From the IMG/VR virus record IMGVR_UViG_3300031673_009915: a DNA stretch of 64,000 bases, one strand, 5' to 3'. Of this stretch, positions 36,036-43,776 are shown piece after piece. A program made the position numbers and the translations under genes. The notes under the pieces are model-generated. The model was not told where the DNA came from, did not search any database, and worked only from the letters and a program-made list of their open reading frames with translations. Positions within the stretch are counted from its first letter, which is position 1. The number at the start of each line of letters is the position of its first letter. Source of the stretch: a virus.

Positions 36036-36849
36036 ATATAATATTTTTTACTGAATTTTTTATTTTATTATTATTCATATAATTTTTTATATTATTTTTA
36101 AAACACAAAGATAATTCAATATCATCATTCATTTTTTCTATATAGGATTTCATTCTTTCATCATATTCTTTTTTAATCTCTATATGTTCTCTTACTACAA
36201 CATCTTTTTCAATAGGTATATGCACAGGTTTCACAGTATTTGTATTCGCATAATATAAAAATACACAAGGAATATGTAATATTTGATCTGCGGACATTCT
36301 CATCATACTTCCAGGATTAACTAATAATTGATTTGTAGTTTTTTGAATAAATGTTAAATGATTATCTCCTGATAAAATAAGATTTGTATCCTGCTGTGTA
36401 GATAATTCTACTTTAGAATTACATTTTTCTATCATTTTATGTGTTATTTTAATTTTAACTTTCTCATTTCCTATTTGTTCCAAAACAGAAAAATAATCCC
36501 CCAAAGGAACTTTAAAAATTTTAATTACCTTAGCTGCTTGTAAAATTCCTAAACTACTTTCATTTAATTTTTCTAAAGAATGTGTCGGTAAATCATGATT
36601 ACCTGGAATCACATAAAAGCGTCTTCCTTTCCCAAACAAATTTATTATATATATTTCCAACCATTTAGACGATTTAGCTTTATCAAAAAAATCACCCGCG
36701 CATAACACAGGACAATTATATTCATCAGCCTTATTCAAAATAAATTTTATTTTTTTTTCCTGTGCTTGAAAATAATTGTCCACACGACAAACCGGTTGAT
36801 CCTCTCTGATATGCAAATCAGCACACAGCAAAGCATCTGGTTTATTCAT
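36016..36849 (-). CDS. Mre11/SbcD/T4 gp47-like nuclease (metallophosphoesterase)
   Basis: Start trimmed to MNKPDALLCADLHIRE. Motifs DLH, GDFFD, GNHD and a later H are present. The longer ORF (to 36960) runs through an A/G-rich 31-nt duplication. Confidence 0.75.
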   Translation of the reverse strand: MNKPDALLCADLHIREDQPVCRVDNYFQAQEKKIKFILNKADEYNCPVLCAGDFFDKAKSSKWLEIYIINLFGKGRRFYVIPGNHDLPTHSLEKLNESSLGILQAAKVIKIFKVPLGDYFSVLEQIGNEKVKIKITHKMIEKCNSKVELSTQQDTNLILSGDNHLTFIQKTTNQLLVNPGSMMRMSADQILHIPCVFLYYANTNTVKPVHIPIEKDVVVREHIEIKKEYDERMKSYIEKMNDDIELSLCFKNNIKNYMNNNKIKNSVKNIIFECLEK

Positions 36850-36874
36850 AATAAACACCTTCTTCTTTGTTCTT

Positions 36875-37102
36875 TTAATTTTCCTCTTGATTCTTCTTTG
36901 TTCTTTTAATTTTTCTTCTAATTCTTCTTTTTTCATTTCTACATTTTTTACATGCAGCATGATAATAATAAAACATCTCTTCTAAACCAGAACTTGTTTG
37001 ATATTTTCTAAATGTTTTATGAAAATCATCTGGATATTCACAAAGAGATTTACATTGAGAACACAACTTTTCATTATTTTTTACACATATTTGATCCGCC
37101 AT
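36875..37102 (-). CDS. Cys-rich small protein with basic tail
   Basis: 75 aa with CSQCKSLC .. HAACKKC, then KRRIRRKIKRTKK. Confidence 0.45.
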   Translation of the reverse strand: MADQICVKNNEKLCSQCKSLCEYPDDFHKTFRKYQTSSGLEEMFYYYHAACKKCRNEKRRIRRKIKRTKKNQEEN

Positions 37103-37157
37103 AAAGCTAATATCTCCTCAATATCAATATTTTTTATAATAAGAAAATAATTTTTCA

Positions 37158-38186
37158 TCATAATTCTCCTCCACATAATGGACATATAGAATATGAATTT
37201 AATTCCTTTTCAGAGACAGAAATTTCTATATCAATGTCCGTTTCATCTTCTAAAAAAGAATAATATGATTTTATCAATATTGTTAATTCTTTAATATTTT
37301 CATTTAAAGCATCTCTGGATTTTAACTGAATTAAAATATCATTTAAATTAGTTTCAGCTTTTTCTATATCAATGTCCGTTTCATCTTCTAAAAAAGAATA
37401 ATATGATTTTATCAATATTGTTAATTCTTTAATATTTTCATTTAAAGCATCTCTGGATTTTAACTGAATTAAAATATCATTTAAATTAGTTTCAGCTTTT
37501 TCTATATCAATGTCCGTTTCATCTTCTATATTTTCAAATTCTTGTGTGTAAAATTCTAATGTACTAATCTCATAATTTAAATTAACACATGTTTCATACA
37601 TAAATTTTAATAATTCAAATCTCTGTTTAGCAGGTGTTAACCAAAAATATACTGTAATTTTATTTTGTAATATTTCTATTTCATTTTCATTAAATCTTAT
37701 TTCTTCTTTGATCTCTCTAATTTTAGAATCAATATTTTTCATGGCTAAATCTATGAGATCAAGATCCACAATTTCATTAAGATATCGACTTACTTCACCA
37801 GAACTTTTAGATAATAAAAAAGGTTCTTCTAATTGTTTTTGAATATTTATTTCAGACATATTACATAAATTTTTTACATCTTCCGGCACATCAAAACCAA
37901 ACGCATATAAAAAATTTTCATTTATTTTATAACTATTTTTTTTATTTGTTTTTATCCTATCAATTATATTATTATCCTCAAATTGAATTTCAATTATTGT
38001 ATCCCCTCCAAAATTATTACGAAAAGAATCTCCTTGAGGTTTATTTTCAATAAGCCACCTTATAGCTCTTATAATTGCAGATTTTCCAGAATCACTTTGT
38101 CCTGTAATAATATTGATTCCTTTATCAAATTCTAAAAAAGAATAAATATGACTTTGAAAATTTTGTATTTCTAATGAACGAATCAT
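37158..38186 (-). CDS. Rad50/SbcC/T4 gp46-like ATPase, N-terminal lobe + coiled coil, ending at the zinc hook
   Basis: MIRSLEIQNFQSH..INIITGQSDSGKSAIIRAIRW (Walker A), a long coiled coil, and a C-terminus ..ICPLCGGEL-stop (CxxC hook). An alternative upstream ATG lies at 38222. Confidence 0.7.
   Translation of the reverse strand: MIRSLEIQNFQSHIYSFLEFDKGINIITGQSDSGKSAIIRAIRWLIENKPQGDSFRNNFGGDTIIEIQFEDNNIIDRIKTNKKNSYKINENFLYAFGFDVPEDVKNLCNMSEINIQKQLEEPFLLSKSSGEVSRYLNEIVDLDLIDLAMKNIDSKIREIKEEIRFNENEIEILQNKITVYFWLTPAKQRFELLKFMYETCVNLNYEISTLEFYTQEFENIEDETDIDIEKAETNLNDILIQLKSRDALNENIKELTILIKSYYSFLEDETDIDIEKAETNLNDILIQLKSRDALNENIKELTILIKSYYSFLEDETDIDIEISVSEKELNSYSICPLCGGEL
37225..37526. repeat. perfect 138-nt (46-aa) tandem duplication, about 2.2 copies, in the Rad50 coiled coil
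   Basis: Unit starts at 37225, 37363 and 37501. Peptide FLEDETDIDIEKAETNLNDILIQLKSRDALNENIKELTILIKSYYS occurs twice. Confidence 0.9.
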
Positions 38187-38196
38187 TTTTGACCTT

Positions 38197-38664
38197 TTAT
38201 CTTTTATAAATTCTTCTTCCATATTCAGCTATAAGTAAAGCCTCAGCAATACCATCTTTTAATCTACCTCTTAACCCATATAACTGATCTTTAATTTCAG
38301 GAAATAGATTTATACAAGTCGATACTGATCGTTTTTTATTCGCATTTAAATTAAATTCTTTTTTCCAAACCCGGGGACGAACTTCCTGGAAAGGAATTTT
38401 TAAAAATTTCAACACGGCCTTTAATTCTCCATATCCCTCCCCATAATTAAAAACGGACGTAACTCCCTGTTTTGGCATTGGTTGTGCTTTTTCAATTATA
38501 CAAAAAGATTTTTCATTTAATAATATATGTGTTTTTAAAAACGTAACAATAGTCATTGCATCAATATTTTTATTGCACAAAGGCATTTCCAATAAAAATG
38601 TATCTTCCATTTTAAGCACAGCAATACCTCCTTTTTGCCCCGGATCAATTCCCATAAAGATCAT
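38197..38664 (-). CDS. RuvC-like Holliday junction resolvase
   Basis: MGIDPGQKGGIAVL.. N-terminal catalytic motif and C-terminal ..DGIAEALLIAEYG. Confidence 0.7.
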   Translation of the reverse strand: MIFMGIDPGQKGGIAVLKMEDTFLLEMPLCNKNIDAMTIVTFLKTHILLNEKSFCIIEKAQPMPKQGVTSVFNYGEGYGELKAVLKFLKIPFQEVRPRVWKKEFNLNANKKRSVSTCINLFPEIKDQLYGLRGRLKDGIAEALLIAEYGRRIYKR

Positions 38665-38683
38665 ATAAACACCATCTTTTTAT

Positions 38684-39727
38684 TTACCATTTTCTTTTTC
38701 TACCAATTAGAGATTCTTCCAATACTTTTTCTTCAATACTATTCCATTTTTCTGTAACTTCTTCTTTTAATTCTTGTTCTAAATCATTTATATAAATATA
38801 ATGAATAAGTTTTTCTAAAGAAGAAAATTCCTTTTCTTTCCATATTAAATTTTTTTTATCTTTTTTTTCTTTATCCTTTCCTGTTTCCGTTTTTAAATCA
38901 AATAAAAATTTAAGATTACTTCTAATATTATCAATTCCATAATCGAATAAAAAATCTAAATAACAAGAACGAAAAGGTTTCCTATGACGAGCTTTTTTTG
39001 TTGTGATCCCAACACATATTCCATATGTACGATTAAATTTTTTATATTTTTCAGTTTCTTTCATAAATAAAACAATATTGGAATAAAAATTTAAAGCCTT
39101 TTCACATTGTCGTGTATAAGGTGATCCAAAAAATATTCCTATTTTATTTCTTAATTGTGATGTAATTATAAGTAATATTTTATTTTCCACTAATTTTTTT
39201 ACATAATTTCTACAAAATTGATTAAAAAAAGAAGCTTTTCCCATACCATATGTTCCATCTTTCTTTTCTTTATTTCTGTTTTTTTCCATAAACAATTCTT
39301 CTTCTCTACTTGATAACTTTTCAAAACTATCTAAAACATATATAAAAATATCCTCTTTATTTTTCTTATTTATTACCCAATGGATGTTTTTTTCAAAATC
39401 TTCTATTGTTTCTGATACAGCATCTTCTTTTAATAATCCATCTTTTAAAATATCAATTCCATACAATATCTGTGAATCAAATTTATAACCTTTTTCAGCA
39501 TCATCATAAAACCAAGAAAAATTTTTAAATTGATGAAAAGAATTAGCAATAATCTCTCCAGATAAAAAAGATTTTCCAGAACTACTATCACCCACAATAT
39601 TCATCACACCCGTTGGAAAATAACCGGTAGTTAAATCCAATAAATCTGATCCAGCAGATAAAATATTCTCTTTTAAAAATTTATCATCGTCCTTTTTTTT
39701 GCCATTTCGTACTTTCACGGTCTTCAT
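38684..39727 (-). CDS. RecA/UvsX-like recombinase
   Basis: P-loop VGDSSSGKS. ..IITSQLRNKIGIFFGSPYTRQCEKALNFYSNIVLFM.. parallels RecA NQIR.[25 protein letters not shown]. Confidence 0.65.
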   Translation of the reverse strand: MKTVKVRNGKKKDDDKFLKENILSAGSDLLDLTTGYFPTGVMNIVGDSSSGKSFLSGEIIANSFHQFKNFSWFYDDAEKGYKFDSQILYGIDILKDGLLKEDAVSETIEDFEKNIHWVINKKNKEDIFIYVLDSFEKLSSREEELFMEKNRNKEKKDGTYGMGKASFFNQFCRNYVKKLVENKILLIITSQLRNKIGIFFGSPYTRQCEKALNFYSNIVLFMKETEKYKKFNRTYGICVGITTKKARHRKPFRSCYLDFLFDYGIDNIRSNLKFLFDLKTETGKDKEKKDKKNLIWKEKEFSSLEKLIHYIYINDLEQELKEEVTEKWNSIEEKVLEESLIGRKRKW

Positions 39728-39923
39728 TGATTTTACCGTCCTGTAATAATTTTAATAATCTCATTTTTTCAATTCTATAATTTCCAAGAAATTTTTCACC
39801 TAAATTATATTTTTTAATCCAAACAATCATTGTCATCAATGTAATAGGATACCCTTTTTCAGAAGCCATTTTTAAAGCTTCTGTGGTTCCTATATACATT
39901 TCATTTGTATATTTTCTAACCAT
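39684..39923 (-). CDS. small HTH-like DNA-binding protein
   Basis: 79 aa with an excisionase/MerR-like helix pattern (..TTEALKMASEKGYPITLMTMIVWIKK..). Confidence 0.4.
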   Translation of the reverse strand: MVRKYTNEMYIGTTEALKMASEKGYPITLMTMIVWIKKYNLGEKFLGNYRIEKMRLLKLLQDGKINEDRESTKWQKKGR

Positions 39924-39932
39924 CCTTCCCTC

Positions 39933-40958
39933 CTATAAATTAACAAAAAGCGAACATTCTTTTTTTAAAAAACAATCTTTACATTCATCATATTCATCAT
40001 AATCTAATCCAAAATCATTTCCATGAGGACAAGATTTCTTTTCTTTTTTCTTTTTAAATTTTTTAATCCGAGTACTAACTTCTTCCTTTGATTCTTCTTC
40101 TACTTCTTCCTTTGATTCTTCTTCTACTTCTTCCTTTGATTCTTCTTCTACTTCTTCCTTTGATTCTTCTTTTTTCTTTTTAAATTTTTTAATCCTGACA
40201 TTAGATTCTTCTGATTCTTCTTTTTTCTCTATTGCATAATAAATATCATATAATTCTTGATATGAAGGTACATATAAAAGAGAATCTAAAGAATAACTTT
40301 CTTTCAATAAAATATCCTCATCATATTGTTCTTCTCTAGAAACAAATTTCAAAGCAACCGGTTCTTTATATTCTATTATTTTTCCTTTTCTAGTATAAGT
40401 TTTTAATTCTCCAACAAAGTCTATAGAAGAACCTTCTTCTAAATCAGCGAAAGTCACAAGTTCTTCTCCTTTTCTTGCTTTCATTCTTAAATTTTTTTCA
40501 ATCCAGTTAAAAGTAACATCAAATATTTGAATTCCTTTTTCTTCTTCATCAAGATCAATTACATTATAAAGAGTTCGATGCCTTGGCCATAATTTTTTTT
40601 CGCTTTCTTCTTCCCCTTCTTCTTTATATCGATACATTTCTTCACATACAGGACAAGATTTTCCAAACATTCTTTGTAGACATAAATATTCTTTATTTTC
40701 AATTCCTATATTATTATGAGTATAAATTTCAAGCACATAATCTCCTGAACCTATTTCAAGTTTTTTTGAATGATTTTTAGTTTTCACAATATAAGGAATT
40801 ATGTCTATAAGATTTTCTTCTTTAATTTTATAGAATGAAACCCCTTCAATTTTTTTCTTATCAAAATAATCTTTAACATAAATTCTATCTTTATTATTAA
40901 CATTATCTTCTATTTGTTGTCTTAAACTTTCTTTAAAATCATTTTTTTTACAAATCAT
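39933..40958 (-). CDS. T4 gp32-like ssDNA-binding protein with acidic repeat tail and C-terminal Cys cluster
   Basis: ..IDIIPY..LEIYTHNNIG..CLQRMFGKSCPVCEEM..LWPRHRTLYNVIDL..IQIFDVTFNWIEKNL.. parallels gp32 IRFLP..ILVNHGF..CSSTHGDYDSCPVCQYI..KRKTSYWANILVV..VFKYRFGKKIWDKI. Confidence 0.6.
   Translation of the reverse strand: MICKKNDFKESLRQQIEDNVNNKDRIYVKDYFDKKKIEGVSFYKIKEENLIDIIPYIVKTKNHSKKLEIGSGDYVLEIYTHNNIGIENKEYLCLQRMFGKSCPVCEEMYRYKEEGEEESEKKLWPRHRTLYNVIDLDEEEKGIQIFDVTFNWIEKNLRMKARKGEELVTFADLEEGSSIDFVGELKTYTRKGKIIEYKEPVALKFVSREEQYDEDILLKESYSLDSLLYVPSYQELYDIYYAIEKKEESEESNVRIKKFKKKKEESKEEVEEESKEEVEEESKEEVEEESKEEVSTRIKKFKKKKEKKSCPHGNDFGLDYDEYDECKDCFLKKECSLFVNL
40079..40170. repeat. 24-nt tandem repeat, about 3.8 copies (EESKEEVE units) in the SSB tail
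   Basis: cttcttcctttgattcttcttcta repeats at 40079, 40103, 40127 and 40151. Confidence 0.9.
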
Positions 40959-40972
40959 AATTTATCTCCTTT

Positions 40973-41488
40973 TTATTTTATATTTTTATTTAATTTTTTT
41001 ATATTCTTATTTAATTTTGATCTTATATTCTCAGATACTTCTTCTCCTTTTTTATTTCTTAAAGAAGGTTCTGAAAAATATCCTCCTAAATGTAATTTTA
41101 CTAAATTTTCCAAAGCTGCTTTTTTATAATCTAATGCTTTAATACAAGCATTTAAAAGATTATAATTATAATTAACTGTATTATAACACTCATTATGACA
41201 AACCACTTCTTCTTCAGAATTAAGAGAACTCTCAAGAAGTTTTTCTGTTACTTTTACTCCTCTCTGTGCGAATTCATTTCTAATCTTTAAATCTAATTCT
41301 GCCCGAAGTTTTATAATTTTATCTTTAAAAACTCCTTTTTCATTTTCCATTTTTATTGTTTTTTCCATATATTCCATAAAAATAACAGCTTGCTTTAACC
41401 ATTCTTTTTCTAATTGATATATGTCAATCTCCAAATCTTTATAAATACCCAAATCTTCTACTTTTAAACAAGTTACATCTGTTTTCAC
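40973..41488 (-). CDS. hypothetical helical protein (possible recombination mediator by position)
   Basis: 171-aa ORF between the PRP pair and the SSB gene. Confidence 0.5.
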   Translation of the reverse strand: MKTDVTCLKVEDLGIYKDLEIDIYQLEKEWLKQAVIFMEYMEKTIKMENEKGVFKDKIIKLRAELDLKIRNEFAQRGVKVTEKLLESSLNSEEEVVCHNECYNTVNYNYNLLNACIKALDYKKAALENLVKLHLGGYFSEPSLRNKKGEEVSENIRSKLNKNIKKLNKNIK

Positions 41489-41489
41489 T

Positions 41490-42182
41490 TTATCCTCCTA
41501 TAATATATTTATAATATTCTTTAATTTGCTTTTGAGTGTAATTATGTTTTCTCATTGTTTTTTTATAATTCTCTAACCACCAATCTTTTTGCTCAATTAT
41601 GCAACCGATTTGAATTTGATCTTTCCATTTTATTACGTGATGTTTGCTTCCATTTATTTGTATAATTGGAGTATCTGTTATTATGTCTTTTAAATTTGTA
41701 TAAAGTAAATTTGTTTTGTTAAAATTCACACCACGTAAATCCGCTTTTCCAAAATTTGCACTTGCACAAATCGCTTCTTTAAAATTTGCATTCCAACAAT
41801 TTGCACCCTCAAAATTAGCACTCCAACAATTCGCACCATTAAAATCAGCTTCACTACAGTCAGCATCTTTAAAATTTGATTTGATACAATTTGATTCCTT
41901 AAAATTTACATGCCAACAATGTGATTCTTGAAAATTAGCATTCCAAGAATATGCTTTCTCAAAATTTGCACTTCTACAAACTGATCCTTGAAAATTTGCA
42001 TTTGCACAAATTGCTTTTTGAAAATCTGCATTTCTACAAATCGCTTCTTTAAAATTTGCACTCCAACAATTTGCTTCTTGAAAATTAGCATCTTTACAAT
42101 TTGCTTTTTGAAAATCTGCATTACGCAAATTATTTCCTTCAAATATTATCGCACCTTTTTTATTTTTTATTATTCTTTTCAT
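41490..42182 (-). CDS. pentapeptide-repeat protein, paralog 4
   Basis: Same N-cap (MKRIIKNKKGAIIFEGNNLRNADF), pentapeptide tract and C-domain (..KYIIGG) as the other paralogs. 1-nt spacing from paralog 5. Confidence 0.9.
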   Translation of the reverse strand: MKRIIKNKKGAIIFEGNNLRNADFQKANCKDANFQEANCWSANFKEAICRNADFQKAICANANFQGSVCRSANFEKAYSWNANFQESHCWHVNFKESNCIKSNFKDADCSEADFNGANCWSANFEGANCWNANFKEAICASANFGKADLRGVNFNKTNLLYTNLKDIITDTPIIQINGSKHHVIKWKDQIQIGCIIEQKDWWLENYKKTMRKHNYTQKQIKEYYKYIIGG

Positions 42183-42183
42183 T

Positions 42184-42846
42184 TTAATATCCTATAATAT
42201 ATTTATAATATTCTTTAATTTGCTTTTGAGTGTAATTATGTTTTCTCATTGTTTTTTTATAATTCTCTAACCACCAATCTTTTTGCTCAATTATGCAACC
42301 GATTTGAATTTGATCTTTCCATTTTATTACGTGATGTTTGCTTCCATTTATCTGTAAAATTGGAGTATCTGTTATTATACCTTTTAAATTTGCATAAAGT
42401 AAATTTGTTTTGTTAAAATTCACACCACGTAAATCCGCTTTTCCAAAATTTGCACTTGCACAAAGCACTTCTTTAAAATTTGCATCTTTACAATTTGCTT
42501 CTTGAAAATTTGTTCTCCAACAACCTGCTTTATAAAAATTAGCATCTACACAATGTGCTTTATAAAAATCTGCATAACTACAATCTGCTTCTTGAAAATT
42601 TGCACTTACACAAATCGCTTCTTTAAAATTTGCATTCCAACAATTTGCACCCTCAAAATTAGCACTCCAACAATTCGCACCATTAAAATCAGCTTCACTA
42701 CAGTCAGCATCTTTAAAATTAACACCATACAAATTCGCACCCTCAAAATTTGTATATAAACAATATGCTTTATACAAATCCGCATGGCGTAAGTCATCAC
42801 CATCAAATATTACTATACCTTTTTTATTTTTTATTATTCTTTTCAT
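42184..42846 (-). CDS. pentapeptide-repeat protein, paralog 5
   Basis: Same architecture. It shares a ~225-nt near-identical segment, inverted, with paralog 6. Confidence 0.9.
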   Translation of the reverse strand: MKRIIKNKKGIVIFDGDDLRHADLYKAYCLYTNFEGANLYGVNFKDADCSEADFNGANCWSANFEGANCWNANFKEAICVSANFQEADCSYADFYKAHCVDANFYKAGCWRTNFQEANCKDANFKEVLCASANFGKADLRGVNFNKTNLLYANLKGIITDTPILQINGSKHHVIKWKDQIQIGCIIEQKDWWLENYKKTMRKHNYTQKQIKEYYKYIIGY

Positions 42847-42867
42847 TTTATTTGTCTTTTTAAAAAA

Positions 42868-43776
42868 TTATTTATTTAAATATATTTCATACAATGCCAA
42901 TAATAAACCAGCTTTACCAGCATCATAAAAATTATTTTTAAAACATTCTAATATCAAAGCAATTCTTGGAGAAGGATTATTTATAAGTACTTTTGAAAAA
43001 TATCCCAATATCATTCTTCTTATTGATTCTGGTTCCTCTTCTATTGATTCTAAAAGTTTAATTAGCTGATCCCATCCTACATTTTTCTTTAATAATAATC
43101 TACATAAATCTATTAAATTTTCTTCATTTTTATGAATAGATTTAATCACTCTTATTTGTTCTTTTTCTGTGTCAATTCCTTTTATTTGATCAAGATATAT
43201 CAACGCATCTCTTGGAATACCTTTACTCTGTTCTGTGATAGAATCAATCACAGAATCACTAATTTCAACTGATTCCTTGATACATATATATTGTAAAAAT
43301 TTTCTCATTCTATTTTTTGATAAAGATGACACAGCAAAAGACATAGAACGACTTTGGATTGTTCTTATTATTTTTTCTGGTTCTGTTGTACAAAGAATAA
43401 AATAAACAAAAGAAGGAGGTTCTTCTAAAGTTTTTAATAAAGCATTCTGAAATTCATTTGTTGCTTTATGTACTTCATCAAGAATATATATTTTTATTCC
43501 TCCACCAAATGGTCTTAAATAAACAGTATTTATAATATTTCTAGCTGTCTCTATTCCTCGATTATTTCCCATATCAATTTCTTGAATATCAATAGATTTT
43601 AATTCCTTCGCCAGTATCCGCGCAAGAGTGGTTTTACCACATCCAGCTGGACCATGAAAAAGTAAACAACGATGTTTGTCTTTACTTTTCATAAAAGATT
43701 TTAATACTTTTACTGTAGAAATATTTCCATAAAATTCCTCAAGACTATGTGGACGATATTTTAAATTAAAGCTCAT
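42868..43776 (-). CDS. clamp loader AAA+ ATPase (DNA pol III gamma/delta-prime / RFC-like)
   Basis: LLFHGPAGCGKTTLARILA (Walker A), IYILDEVH (Walker B) and a SRS sensor motif. Confidence 0.75.
   Translation of the reverse strand: MSFNLKYRPHSLEEFYGNISTVKVLKSFMKSKDKHRCLLFHGPAGCGKTTLARILAKELKSIDIQEIDMGNNRGIETARNIINTVYLRPFGGGIKIYILDEVHKATNEFQNALLKTLEEPPSFVYFILCTTEPEKIIRTIQSRSMSFAVSSLSKNRMRKFLQYICIKESVEISDSVIDSITEQSKGIPRDALIYLDQIKGIDTEKEQIRVIKSIHKNEENLIDLCRLLLKKNVGWDQLIKLLESIEEEPESIRRMILGYFSKVLINNPSPRIALILECFKNNFYDAGKAGLLLALYEIYLNK

Noticed and set aside
41716-42806. Alternative-frame and antisense ORFs in the inverted PRP pair (41716-41931, 41906-42142, 41988-42197, 42502-42759, 42606-42806)
   Set aside because: The same periodic-sequence artefact applies. 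The minus-strand PRP frames carry the conserved N-cap and C-domain and tile the region exactly.
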